Part shown: one piece after another, positions 22,601 to 32,749 of the stretch | How positions within the stretch are numbered: position 1 is the stretch's first letter | How the letters are laid out: every line of letters begins with the position of its first letter | Sequence record: MK250019.1 | Length of the DNA stretch: 64,000 nucleotides | Reading direction: 5' to 3' (one strand) | Translations under genes and position numbers: made by a program | Notes under the pieces: model-generated | Told to the model about the DNA's origin: nothing | Database searches by the model: none | What the model saw: only the letters and a program-made list of their open reading frames with translations

Positions 22601-23469
22601 CAAATGAAATGGGTGGTAAAAAATATCTTTCTATTCTTGCAATGGATCGTATGAAAACAACCGCATTACTTAATCTTCCATCTAAGAGACAGTTTGAACT
22701 TTCAGTTGATCCTTGTTTCTGTGATACATATGATCAAGGTGTTTATACAAAACCTTCATTTGATACTAAATATATACCACAAGGTGGTAATACAGACATG
22801 TACTCAACTACAATGTTTAGCTTACCTACTGAAGATGATGGTTCTAAGTTTGCTGCTGCATTCTGGCCTCACTTGGTATATAATGTAAATGGACGTAAGA
22901 TAAATGTACCACCAGCAGCTGATGTTTGTGATGTTCTTATTCGCAAATTTAATGGTGGCGATCCTTATGTAATTGCAGCTAATAGAAATGGTATCATCAA
23001 AAACTCTGATGTTGTTGGTATTGAATTCAATGCAGATACAACAGATAGAGATTATCTTGAACCATTCGGTGTTAATACTATTATTCAGGAAGGTAATAAT
23101 ATCCTTATTTACGGCAATCAAACATGTTATCAGAATACCAAGAGTGACTTCAATAAGTTACATGTTCGTGAGAACCTTAATACTCTTGAAATTGCATGTG
23201 AAGATGTACTTAAGAGATATAACTTCTTATATAATACACCTGCTGTTCGTGCTTCAGTTGTTACTGCACTTACACCAATTCTTGAAACAATGAAATTGTC
23301 TAACGCAATTGAAAGTTATGAGATTATTTGTGATGAGTCAAACAACACACCGGACATCATAGCTGAAGATTATGGAATAGTCGACATCAGCGTGATAGTA
23401 TCTCACGGAATGGAACGTATTGTTCAAAGAATCACTTTGAATCGTAGAGATACATTACAAGACAGATAA
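19618..23469 (+). CDS. contractile tail sheath protein with large insertion domains (1283 aa, 3 TAG)
   Basis: N-terminal SAGIYTIEID...GFNNKGPFNRPV and C-terminal KLHVRENL...YNTPAVR...YEIICDESNNTPDII sheath motifs. Three track ORFs join in one frame. Confidence 0.92.
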
Positions 23470-23491
23470 TTTTTATAATAATATAATAATT

Positions 23492-23528
23492 AAATAGGTT
23501 AGAATTCTGAATTCTAACCTATTTTTTT
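23492..23528 (+). terminator. intrinsic terminator after the sheath gene
   Basis: AAATAGGTTAGAATT / AATTCTAACCTATTT plus a T-tract. Confidence 0.8.
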
Positions 23529-23598
23529 ATTTTTAATATTTTTATATAACTTTTTCCATAATTTAGTATATAATATACAAATATTAATTTTTGTAAAT

Positions 23599-25416
23599 AT
23601 GAATGATGATTTAATAATACAAAAATTCATAACAGATAAAAATAAGATTAATTCACATTATAAACAAATTATAAATAAGAATCAAGAAATTAAAAATTAT
23701 TTAGATAATCGTTATAAAGATGGTAATGATGATTATTGTGAAACATTATATAGGATTCAACATCATATAGAAAAACATCCTGTATGTCCAAATTGTGGAA
23801 AATATGTTAGATATATAAATGGTACAGGATATAGAAAATCATGTTCAGTAAGTTGTAGTAAAAATTATATTAAAGAATTTAATAGTGATGAAATTACAGA
23901 TAATATAATTAAAAATGATTATTTAATAGATAATAAAATAAACACAAATAAATTACAAATAAAATATATTAAAGAACATGGATATGAAAATTATCTTTTA
24001 AATAGATATACAGATTCTACAAATTTTAGTGAAATAATTTATAGAATATGTAATAATGTAAATGAGAAACCACTGTGTAAAGAATGTGGTAAACCTACTA
24101 GATTCTTAAATTTAATAAGTGGTTATGATGATGTATGTTCAGATCGTTGTAGAAATATTTCGTTATTACCAGAAATAACAGATGATTATATTAAATCATT
24201 AGATAAGAAAGGAGGTTTATTTAAATATACATGGTATGGACATGATAAAGTAGAGCAATATTTAAAGAATAAATTTAAAGATGAATATAGATCGTATGAT
24301 GAAGCAATTTATATGATTTTAGAAAATAAGAAACACTTGCCAAAATGTCCTGTTTGCGGAAAAATACTTTTATTTAAAAAAGGTAGATCACAATTTAATA
24401 GTAGATTTATGAAATACTGTTCTATTGAATGTCAATCAATAGGAAGGCGAACAAAAACTATTAATAAGATTAAAAAATTAACAGGATTTAATATTGAATT
24501 AACAAATGATAATCAATATAAATTTATTAATGTTTGTGATATACATAAAGAATTTATTTTAACATATGATTAGTTTCATAACAGATGTTCATCAACAAGA
24601 TATATGTATAGTGTTTTATGTCCTATATGTAATCCTGAACGAAATCCTCAAACATCAATAGAAACTATTATGAAGGATATATTAGATAAGTTAAATATTG
24701 AATATATACAGCATGATAGGAAATTAATTGGTCCTAAAGAATTAGATTTTTATTTAAATAATTATAAAATAGCAATAGAATGTAACGGAACATATTGGCA
24801 TAGTTTATAGAAGAAAGATAAAGATTATCACATTAATAAATTTAATATATGTAGAGATAAAGGAATACAATTAATATCATTTTGGGAATATGATATTAAA
24901 CATAATGAAAGTTTTATTACTAATATTTTAAAAATATATTCAAATAATATTGAACATAATTATACAGATAATTTTAATTACGAAATTAAATGTATAGACA
25001 ATAAGGAATATAAAAATTTTATTAATTTATATAGTTTACATAGGAATGATAAAAGAGTAAATTTAAAATTGGGATTATATATAGAAAATAAGTTAATTTA
25101 TACATTTGGTTTAAATGAAAATAAAACAAATATTCATATATTAAAAATTGTTTCAAGATTTAATTATTACATTAAAGATGTAGTAAAATACATTATTGAC
25201 TATTTAGATACAGATAAAGACATTATTATTGATGTTAATAATGATATAGGTGATATTTATAATATAAAGAAATACTGTTGTTATTATAAAAATATAGATT
25301 CATATGAAGATTTTGTTATACGAAAAGATGATACAGCTTTAGCAAAAAAGAATGATAAATTTGTAGTAAGATGTTATAATTCAGGAATAACTGAATTTAA
25401 AGTAAAACTTTTGTGA
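23599..25416 (+). CDS. Hef-like / PD-(D/E)XK homing endonuclease with three zinc-ribbon repeats (605 aa, 2 TAG)
   Basis: Repeats of P.CxxCGK...F/Y...CS..C and the nuclease motif ELDFYL..YKIAIECNGTYWHS. A class II promoter lies at 23546-23574. Confidence 0.8.
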
Positions 25417-25459
25417 TTTAATTATCTATAATAATTAATAATAGATATAAGTTAGAAAT

Positions 25460-25804
25460 ATGGATAGAGAAAAGGAGTGTAAGGAAATTATATGCAGGTA
25501 TAGTACAGATATTAACAAGAGTATAAATCATGTTTTGGAAAATATATATAATGCAGGTTGGCATGATGGCAGACATGCAGAACGTGATAAGTGGAGTAAA
25601 TGTGAATATCTTATAATTGCACCTGATAAAATGGATAAAATTGCTAAGATATTGGATAATCCTCCTTGTAAGAATTGTGAGTTTAGTACAACAGAAAGAT
25701 TAACGGGATGTTTAGCTGTTCCACAGAAGTGTGAAAAATATCAAGAATATTCTTTATTATGTGAATTAATAAAATATTTTAAAACATGTTCTTATAAATC
25801 ATAA
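25460..25804 (+). CDS. hypothetical Cys-rich protein (114 aa)
   Basis: Intact ORF with AAAACT-N17-TATAAT at 25404-25432. Confidence 0.7.
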   Translation: MDREKECKEIICRYSTDINKSINHVLENIYNAGWHDGRHAERDKWSKCEYLIIAPDKMDKIAKILDNPPCKNCEFSTTERLTGCLAVPQKCEKYQEYSLLCELIKYFKTCSYKS

Positions 25805-25870
25805 GACTTTATTTAGGAATTTGATTATAATATGTAGATAAACTAAAAATATATACATAATAACTATCAA

Positions 25871-26026
25871 ATGAAAACAAAAATGAAACAGGTTAATAAG
25901 TTGGATAATTCTGTGAAGTTGCCATGGACTATCTATAAAGGATTTAGTGTAAATCCAAGTAAAAATGAAAATAATGCAGTTAACGAGAAGTTAAATGAAA
26001 ATAATATACCAGGTATATGGTATTAA
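25871..26026 (+). CDS. small hypothetical protein (51 aa)
   Basis: ATG..TAA ORF between an AAGACT-N17-TATAAT promoter (25803-25831) and a terminator (26032-26073). Confidence 0.6.
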   Translation: MKTKMKQVNKLDNSVKLPWTIYKGFSVNPSKNENNAVNEKLNENNIPGIWY

Positions 26027-26124
26027 TATATAAAAAGTCTGAATTATAAGTGTAATATAATTCAGACTTTTTATTTTATTTATTTCGTAAAATAAATATT
26101 GTAATAAATTATTTTAATTTAATT

Positions 26125-27744
26125 ATGAGTTAGAACTTATATGAAACATTAATAAATGGAATATCATATGCTGTATAGAAATCTTTAAATGAGATGACAA
26201 GATTAGCAGTATAGAGAACAATTGATAAGAAATTATGGTTAAGTGTTGCATCAACATGTTCAAGAAATAAATCAACTGAAGCGAAGAATATTAGACCTAT
26301 TGGTTCAGATAAAGAAAATTTATTGAATAGATATGTTGCTGCTCTTATAATTATGCGAAAACCTTGTCCAGAAACAGAAGATGATATTGATACATTAAAG
26401 ACATTTAAATTAGTTGCTAAACGTTATTTACAATTAGGCGGAACATTATAGGAAATATAGGATTTATACAATAAAAACACAGGTAAAACAAGAATTATAC
26501 CACAAGGAACAGAAAAGAAACCTATATAGAAAAAAGAAGAATATACTGATAAATCAGTATCAACCGATAATATTGTTAAAAATGAACTAGCATAGAAAGA
26601 TTCATATGGTGGAATGGGATTATTTGACGATGATGACATATTTGGTGATGATACAGATGATATATCAAATTCAGAATTAACATAGAAGATTGTTGGTTTA
26701 GATATAAATGCAGATTTAACAACTGTTCTTATTCAACAATTAGGAAATAAACCAAGAGGTTGGAAATTTTATAAACATACAAATGATGAGTATGAGAAAT
26801 ATATGACGATAGATTGTTCGCCTGATTATGAATGGAGATATAAGAAATATGTAAAAGACGTAATGAAAGTAATCAAACAAAAGAATTGGACATGTTATTA
26901 GGTTACTACACCAACTAATTGGCAAATATCATCATTTAAAATAGAAAATCTTACAGATACTTTGGTTCGAGGTTAGATGCAAAAATATTTTGATTTTTAT
27001 AATAATAAGAAAGAACAAAACAAATAGAAATCGCCAGAAGAGATTACTAAAATGATTGATGAACGAATGCAGGTTTATAGATAGTTTGTTAAAGATAGAA
27101 AAAGGCAGGTTAATGCTATAAATAATGATTATGTAAAGAAATTGTTTGAAGAAGATGAATCTGTATATAGAGTTTATTTATCACCTGATACAGGTGTAAT
27201 GTTACTTGTTAAACGAGAAATGGAAGGAATGTCAGAAGATAGTTATAATTATATTTTAACATTTACAGGTAATGTAAATTATAATAATGATTTAAGAGAT
27301 AAGGATTATAATAAGAAATTAAAAGAAAGGGCAAAAGTACAAGCAAAGAGAAAATAGACATTTTTAAAGATGTTACATAAGTATTGTGGTTTAGGTCCAA
27401 GTTTTAGTTATACTGTATTATTTGATGATGACAATTATCCATATATGGTTGAAACATGTAGACTAGGTAATGCAGAAGGTGTATATAGAATATTATAGAA
27501 ACGTTTTTATAATCATGGTGAATATTTTTCATTATATGTACGGACACCTGAACATACAGAACCTGATTCTATTCATGAATTAGTTTAGAATAAAGAACAT
27601 TATCATGTTGAATTAGTAAGATTTATATATGGTGAAAATAAAGGTAAATATCCACAAGTTTTACCGGACGATAATTATTACATAATGTTTAAACCTACTG
27701 AATAGGGTAAAGCACGAATAGATTATATGATTAATAATAAGTAA
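26125..27744 (+). CDS. hypothetical, probably virion-associated protein (539 aa, about 16 TAG, first at codon 3)
   Basis: Continuous frame only with TAG readthrough. Upstream ATAAATAT, downstream terminator (27757-27796). Confidence 0.8.
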
Positions 27745-27877
27745 TTTAAATACATTAAATTGGTTAGTAATATTTCGATGTTACTAACCAATTTTTAATT
27801 ATATTTTATCTGATAGTGAAATAAATCAAATATATACAAAAATATTTGAAGACATATAGTAGATTTAAAAATATTTG

Positions 27878-27887
27878 TGTATCTTTG
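27878..27887 (+). promoter_or_regulatory. Bacteroidota-type -7 promoter element (TGTATCTTTG)
   Basis: TAnnTTTG consensus about 38 nt upstream of ATG 27925. Confidence 0.75.
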
Positions 27888-27924
27888 AACAGACAAATTA
27901 AAGGTATTTACATATAAAAACTAT

Positions 27925-28374
27925 ATGGAAAAAAATTATTGGGGATTAACACATCCGTTTACAACTGAAAGATGTGTGCAACGTCTCATAACAGAATATA
28001 ATAAACATAAGAATTTGATTATTGCATTTGATTTTGATAATACTGTATTTGATTATCATAAAGAAGGAAATCAATATGAATATGATGATGTTATTGACTT
28101 ACTTAAATATTGTTATGATTTAGGTATGACACTTGTATTGTATACATGTGAAGAAAATATAGATAAGATAAAATGGAAAATAAATTGGTGTAAAGAATAT
28201 ATGGGATTTACACCACATTATGTAAATAAATCACCTGTATTGAAACAATCTTATAAGAATGGTAAAATATATTATAACATTCTTTTAGATGACCGTGCGG
28301 GATTATTTGAAGCATATTCTATATTAATTGATGTTGTTTCTTATATAGAAAAAGATAAAGGTTTAATTAAATAA
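27925..28374 (+). CDS. HAD-superfamily hydrolase-like protein
   Basis: IAFDFDNTV (DxDxT) and ILLDDRAG motifs. Confidence 0.7.
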   Translation: MEKNYWGLTHPFTTERCVQRLITEYNKHKNLIIAFDFDNTVFDYHKEGNQYEYDDVIDLLKYCYDLGMTLVLYTCEENIDKIKWKINWCKEYMGFTPHYVNKSPVLKQSYKNGKIYYNILLDDRAGLFEAYSILIDVVSYIEKDKGLIK

Positions 28375-28385
28375 TTTAGAAAAGT

Positions 28386-29258
28386 ATGAAAAATATTAAT
28401 CTTCTTGATAGTTATAATTCAGAAGTGAAGTATGAACTTACTACATTTCCGGATGGTGAACCACATATTAAGTTCCTTGATGATATTGATCGAAAGGATT
28501 CTTATAATGTAGTATGTAGAATTACAAATCCTACAGAATTGTTTGTAGTTATGCAGGTTGGACATATTTTGAAGCGACAAGGCGTATTGTTTAATCTCAC
28601 TATTTTGTATCTCATGTCTATGCGAATGGATAGAGTTATTAATTTCAATGAGGCATTTACATTGGAAATTGTTGCAAATATGATTAACAGTTTCGATGCT
28701 GAGCATGTGTACATTTTTGAAGCACATTCTGACCGTACATTTAAATTGATTAAGAATTCAGAACCTTATTATGCACTTAATATGAATAGTGATTATAATA
28801 AGATGCGTGAAGATTTGTATGAATCTGAGAATTCTGTTATTTGTTATCCAGATCATGGAGCATATGAGCGTTACAGTAAGGATTTCTATCCTACATCTGC
28901 ATATCTTTATATGAATAAGGTTCGAGACCTTGAGAATAAGGGTGTTATTAAGTCTATGGAAATTTCTGAAATTCATCTTCCATTTATGACTGAAGATGAA
29001 GTAAAGCAGATTACCATTATTGATGATTTGTGTGATGGCGGCGGTACTTTCTGTTGGGCTGCTAATATTCTTCGTGACCGATTTGGGAATGATGTAAAGC
29101 TTAATATCTTTATTAAGCATCTTGTAAATCCTGTAGGTCTTGAGAAACTTATCAATTCATTTGATAATGTTTATATTACAGATTCTTATAAGGATTGGGA
29201 ATCTAAAGTAATTATTTTAAATGCACAAAAGAAAGTACATATTATTCATTTAACATAA
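28386..29258 (+). CDS. prs: ribose-phosphate pyrophosphokinase (Prs)-like protein
   Basis: TFPDGEPHIK, YLMSMRMDR, FEAHS, ICYPDHGA and PRPP-binding IIDDLCDGGGTF. Confidence 0.88.
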   Translation: MKNINLLDSYNSEVKYELTTFPDGEPHIKFLDDIDRKDSYNVVCRITNPTELFVVMQVGHILKRQGVLFNLTILYLMSMRMDRVINFNEAFTLEIVANMINSFDAEHVYIFEAHSDRTFKLIKNSEPYYALNMNSDYNKMREDLYESENSVICYPDHGAYERYSKDFYPTSAYLYMNKVRDLENKGVIKSMEISEIHLPFMTEDEVKQITIIDDLCDGGGTFCWAANILRDRFGNDVKLNIFIKHLVNPVGLEKLINSFDNVYITDSYKDWESKVIILNAQKKVHIIHLT

Positions 29259-29353
29259 TTTAAATTTTATAGTCTGAATAATTTTATTATAAAGTTGTTC
29301 AGACTTTTTTATTTTTTATTATATAACAATATATAACGAAAAAATTATTATAC

Positions 29354-29950
29354 ATGGAAAAGAATTTTAATAATGAAATTGATGAGATGGATGATGTTTT
29401 GAATCCAGATGAAATAATTGATGATACTAGTTCAGATATTAATGAGGACGATATTGTCACAGATGAGGATGATAATGAATATGTATCAAAGGAGTATGCA
29501 GATAAACTTATTTCAGAATTGAAAACAGCAAAAGAAGATGCTGATACATGGAAGAATAAGTATATGTATGCATTATCTGATTTTGAAACATATAAGAGAA
29601 ATTCGCAGAAGGATAAGCAGAATATTTTGAAATATGGTAATGAAAAAGTAATTAAGGATATTCTACCTATTATCGATGATTTTGATAGAGCATTTATGCA
29701 TATGGATGCAGAAACAAAAGATGGTGTTATGCTTATCTATAAGAATTTTATTTCTGTATTAGAGAAACATGACGTTACTATTATTCCAGCAGAACCAGGT
29801 GATAAATTTAATGAGAATATTCATGAAGCAATTTCTGTGGTTCCTGCTATGGAAGATGAGCAGAAAGGTACAATTGCAGATTGTGTAACAAAGGGATATA
29901 TGTTACTTGATAAAGTTATCAGATATTCTAAAGTAATTGTATTTAATTAA
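29354..29950 (+). CDS. grpE: GrpE nucleotide exchange factor
   Basis: ALSDFETYKR...ILPIIDDFDRA...FNENIHEAI...KGYMLLDKVIRYSKV. Confidence 0.92.
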   Translation: MEKNFNNEIDEMDDVLNPDEIIDDTSSDINEDDIVTDEDDNEYVSKEYADKLISELKTAKEDADTWKNKYMYALSDFETYKRNSQKDKQNILKYGNEKVIKDILPIIDDFDRAFMHMDAETKDGVMLIYKNFISVLEKHDVTIIPAEPGDKFNENIHEAISVVPAMEDEQKGTIADCVTKGYMLLDKVIRYSKVIVFN

Positions 29951-30195
29951 AATAGAATATCATCATTATAGTTATATGAAGTATTAAATATATCATCAAT
30001 ATTTAATTGTTGAAATTGCTTCTACTATATACTCATATCAAAATCAAATCTATTTTCAGATTTATTATATTTTGCTATTGTTTTATCAAAATCAAATTGA
30101 TTATCAGTATCAAATATTGATCTGAGTATATAGTTTTTACCATTATGACGTAACGTTTTAACAAATTCTCTATTAGTTGGATATTTTCTATTCAT
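29947..30195 (-). CDS. small hypothetical protein (82 aa, tandem TAG TAG)
   Basis: ATG at 30195 is open to TAA at 29947 with TAG readthrough. It is convergent with grpE and shares its TTAA stop. Confidence 0.5.
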
Positions 30196-30293
30196 ATTAA
30201 TTATATATTAATTATAATATATTTATTTTAATGTTAATGAATATTAAATTAATAACAAACTTAAATAGATATTTTCATATTTGATAAAAAAGT

Positions 30294-30303
30294 TGTATCT
30301 TTG
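30294..30303 (+). promoter_or_regulatory. Bacteroidota-type -7 promoter element (TGTATCTTTG)
   Basis: TATCTTTGCA, about 39 nt upstream of ATG 30342. Confidence 0.78.
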
Positions 30304-30341
30304 CAGTGTTATTGATTAAGAATTAAATAATATATATAATT

Positions 30342-30872
30342 ATGGAAGAAATTACAGCAAAGACAGTTAATTGGTTTGATATTAAGGATGAGGTAAAAAT
30401 CATTAAGGAAGAAACGACTTCAAAGCGTATTAAACCTATTAAAATGGTAATGCGTCATAAGAATAATGTTAATACACTGGATGGTTCTATTAATGTAAAT
30501 CATGCAATTTGCAAGAAGGTTACTGCAAAGAATATTGAACCATTTGAAAGCGTACTTGTACATAATCCAAATGATAGAGTAAAATATCATTGTGATGGAG
30601 GCCTTTTCAATGGTAAGACTATTTGTGTGAAGTGCCGTTCTAATGCATATAATGTAAGCGGTAATTTTACATTTACTGAAGATGATTTGTCAGCGGATAT
30701 GATTGCTGTGTATTACTATGATTTAGCTTCAAATCTTGGTCATTGGTTCATTTGTGATAGAAGTCGTTTGAGAAAGAATAAGATGAAGAGATCACAAAAC
30801 ATTTATATTTGTCATCAGGATTACATTAAGGAACATGCATGGTGTGAATATACAGTAACGTTTGATAGATAA
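30342..30872 (+). CDS. hypothetical early protein (176 aa)
   Basis: Intact TAG-free ORF behind a host-type promoter. Confidence 0.8.
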   Translation: MEEITAKTVNWFDIKDEVKIIKEETTSKRIKPIKMVMRHKNNVNTLDGSINVNHAICKKVTAKNIEPFESVLVHNPNDRVKYHCDGGLFNGKTICVKCRSNAYNVSGNFTFTEDDLSADMIAVYYYDLASNLGHWFICDRSRLRKNKMKRSQNIYICHQDYIKEHAWCEYTVTFDR

Positions 30873-30968
30873 TTTAAATTTTTTGAAAAAAAGTTTTCAA
30901 AATTACAGACTTTTGAAAAAAATTTAGATATATATAATATATAGTAAAATAAAATAAGTAAAGAGATT

Positions 30969-31097
30969 ATGAAAACTTTAAATATGACATATGGTATGCA
31001 TCCTGTTTGTGGTATGGTTCACATGTTCCCATGTGGAGGCGGTCGACCTATGTCTATACTTGAGTGTTTAAAGTTTTCTTGTATGTTGCAATCATAA
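30969..31097 (+). CDS. small Cys/Met-rich peptide (42 aa)
   Basis: ORF lies between a CAGACT-N17-TATATA promoter-like site (30906) and a strong terminator (31126-31173). Confidence 0.5.
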   Translation: MKTLNMTYGMHPVCGMVHMFPCGGGRPMSILECLKFSCMLQS

Positions 31098-31125
31098 CCG
31101 GTTAACTCAACATATATACAAATTT

Positions 31126-31173
31126 AACCTCAAGTAGAAAATTGATCAAAATTCTACTTGAGGTTTTTCTTTT
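31126..31173 (+). terminator. intrinsic terminator
   Basis: AACCTCAAGTAGAA / TTCTACTTGAGGTT plus a T-tract. Confidence 0.75.
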
Positions 31174-31176
31174 TAT

Positions 31177-31249
31177 GGTCCGTCTGGTGTAATTGGTAAC
31201 ATGGCAGATTGTGGTTCTGCAGTACAGGGTTCGAGTCCCTAACGTGACC
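31177..31249 (+). tRNA. trnH: tRNA-His(GTG) with irregular acceptor stem
   Basis: G-1, D-arm GTGT/ACAT, anticodon arm GCAGA-TTGTGGT-TCTGC, T-loop TTCGAGT and discriminator C. The acceptor pairs only with a bulge. Confidence 0.8.
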
Positions 31250-31318
31250 CAATTTAATTTTTAAGTAAACTATTAATATAGTTCTTAATATAATTATAAG
31301 AATATTTTATATTAATAT

Positions 31319-32320
31319 ATGGAAATTAAATAGTTTACAGATGATGCATTAAAACATGTATTTGAAATATGTACATCAACAATGAATATATTGGAATTAT
31401 TAGGTTATGAACCATATAAAATAAGAGGATAGAAATGTAAAGAAATATTAAAAATATATGCTAATTAGATTGGTGTCAATATAGAAGATTATAAATCAAA
31501 TAATATAAAATTTAGGATATATAATGAATTACATCCTGTATGTAAAACATGTGGTAAGGGCTTAACATATTTTCAATATAAGCAAAAATAGGAATTTTGT
31601 TGTTCATCATGTGCAGCAACTTATAATAATAAACATAGGATATTATCAAAAAATATACTTAAAAAATTTTCATAGGAACAAAACATAGAAGAACTATAGT
31701 CTAGAAAACGAAATTATGTATTAAATACAGAGTTAATTAAACAAGGTAAAATCTTAAATGATAAAAATATTACATATAAAGAACATTATATAGATATAAC
31801 CAAACTTGGCGTACATATATGTCAAGTATGCGGAAATACATTTATACCTTCAATTACAGTAAAGGGAAATATATCTAAGTCTACTACATGTTCTGATATA
31901 TGTCATAAATAGTTAGTAAGTGAAAAATCAAAATAGGCACTTTAGAAACTTATTAATGACGGTCGGCATAAAGGCTGGATGTCTAGAAATATTACAAGTT
32001 ATCCAGAAAATTTTTGGATTAATGTATTAAATAATAATCATATAGTTTTTACATGTGAATTTAAAGTAAAAAAACGTTGTGGATATTATTATTTCTTGGA
32101 TTTTTTTATAGAGCATAATGGATATAAAATTGATTTAGAAATAGATGGACAACAACATAAGTATAGGAAAGAACATGATATTAAGAGAGATGAATATCTT
32201 ACATCATTAAATTATATCGTTTATAGGATTGAGTGGAATACTATAAATACGGAAAATGGAAAATTATTGATGAAAGAAAAAATTGATAATTTTTTAAATT
32301 GGTTTAATAATTTAGAGTAA
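31319..32320 (+). CDS. zinc-ribbon + DUF559/Vsr-like PD-(D/E)XK endonuclease inside the tRNA array (333 aa, about 9 TAG)
   Basis: CKTCGK...FCCSSCAA, CQVCG...CSDIC and YFLDF...LEIDGQQH...DIKRDEYL..L.Y.VYRIEW. A TAAACT-N17-TATAAT promoter lies at 31266. Confidence 0.82.
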
Positions 32321-32336
32321 AATTATTAAATTATAT

Positions 32337-32410
32337 ATGGTAGTAGTTCAATTGGTAGAATGCTAGTTTTGGGAACTAGTGGTTTGCGGGATCGTGCCCC
32401 GCCTACCATA
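32337..32410 (+). tRNA. trnP: tRNA-Pro(TGG)
   Basis: Acceptor ATGGTAG/CTACCAT and anticodon arm CTAGT-TTTGGGA-ACTAG. The T-loop ATCGTGC is atypical. Confidence 0.85.
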
Positions 32411-32528
32411 CAGAATCGATAAATCTGATATTATCCTTACGTAATTAATCAGATTTAAAACTTTAGATAGTAAGGTATCTATATAATGGAAGTTCACGCC
32501 TAAGGGAAGATTTATACATTATAATTTT

Positions 32529-32603
32529 ACTCTGTTAGCTCAATTGGATTAGAGTAATTCGCTACGAACGAATAGGTTAGGAGTTCGATTCTCTTACAGA
32601 GTA
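32529..32603 (+). tRNA. trnR: tRNA-Arg(ACG)
   Basis: Acceptor ACTCTGT/ACAGAGT, anticodon arm ATTCG-CTACGAA-CGAAT and T-loop TTCGATT. Confidence 0.92.
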
Positions 32604-32610
32604 CAAATAT

Positions 32611-32683
32611 ATCTCTATAGTTTAAGTGAATAAAATAGGATTTTCCTAAATTCCAGTTACTGGTTTGATTCCAGTTAGAGATA
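32611..32683 (+). tRNA. trnR: tRNA-Arg(CCT), slightly degenerate
   Basis: Acceptor ATCTCTA/TAGAGAT. Anticodon loop TTCCTAA sits in a stem with one T-T mismatch. T-loop is TTTGATT. Confidence 0.72.
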
Positions 32684-32749
32684 CATTAATTATTTTGATA
32701 AAAAATAAGAGAAATATATAGACTTTTATTTGATTTCAACATATACATT

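Noticed and set aside
32611-32683. Possible amber suppressor tRNA (CTA) because the loop region contains CCTAAA
   Set aside because: The stem places TTCCTAA as the loop, giving anticodon CCT (Arg). No tRNA(CTA) was found in this window, so it must lie elsewhere if it exists.
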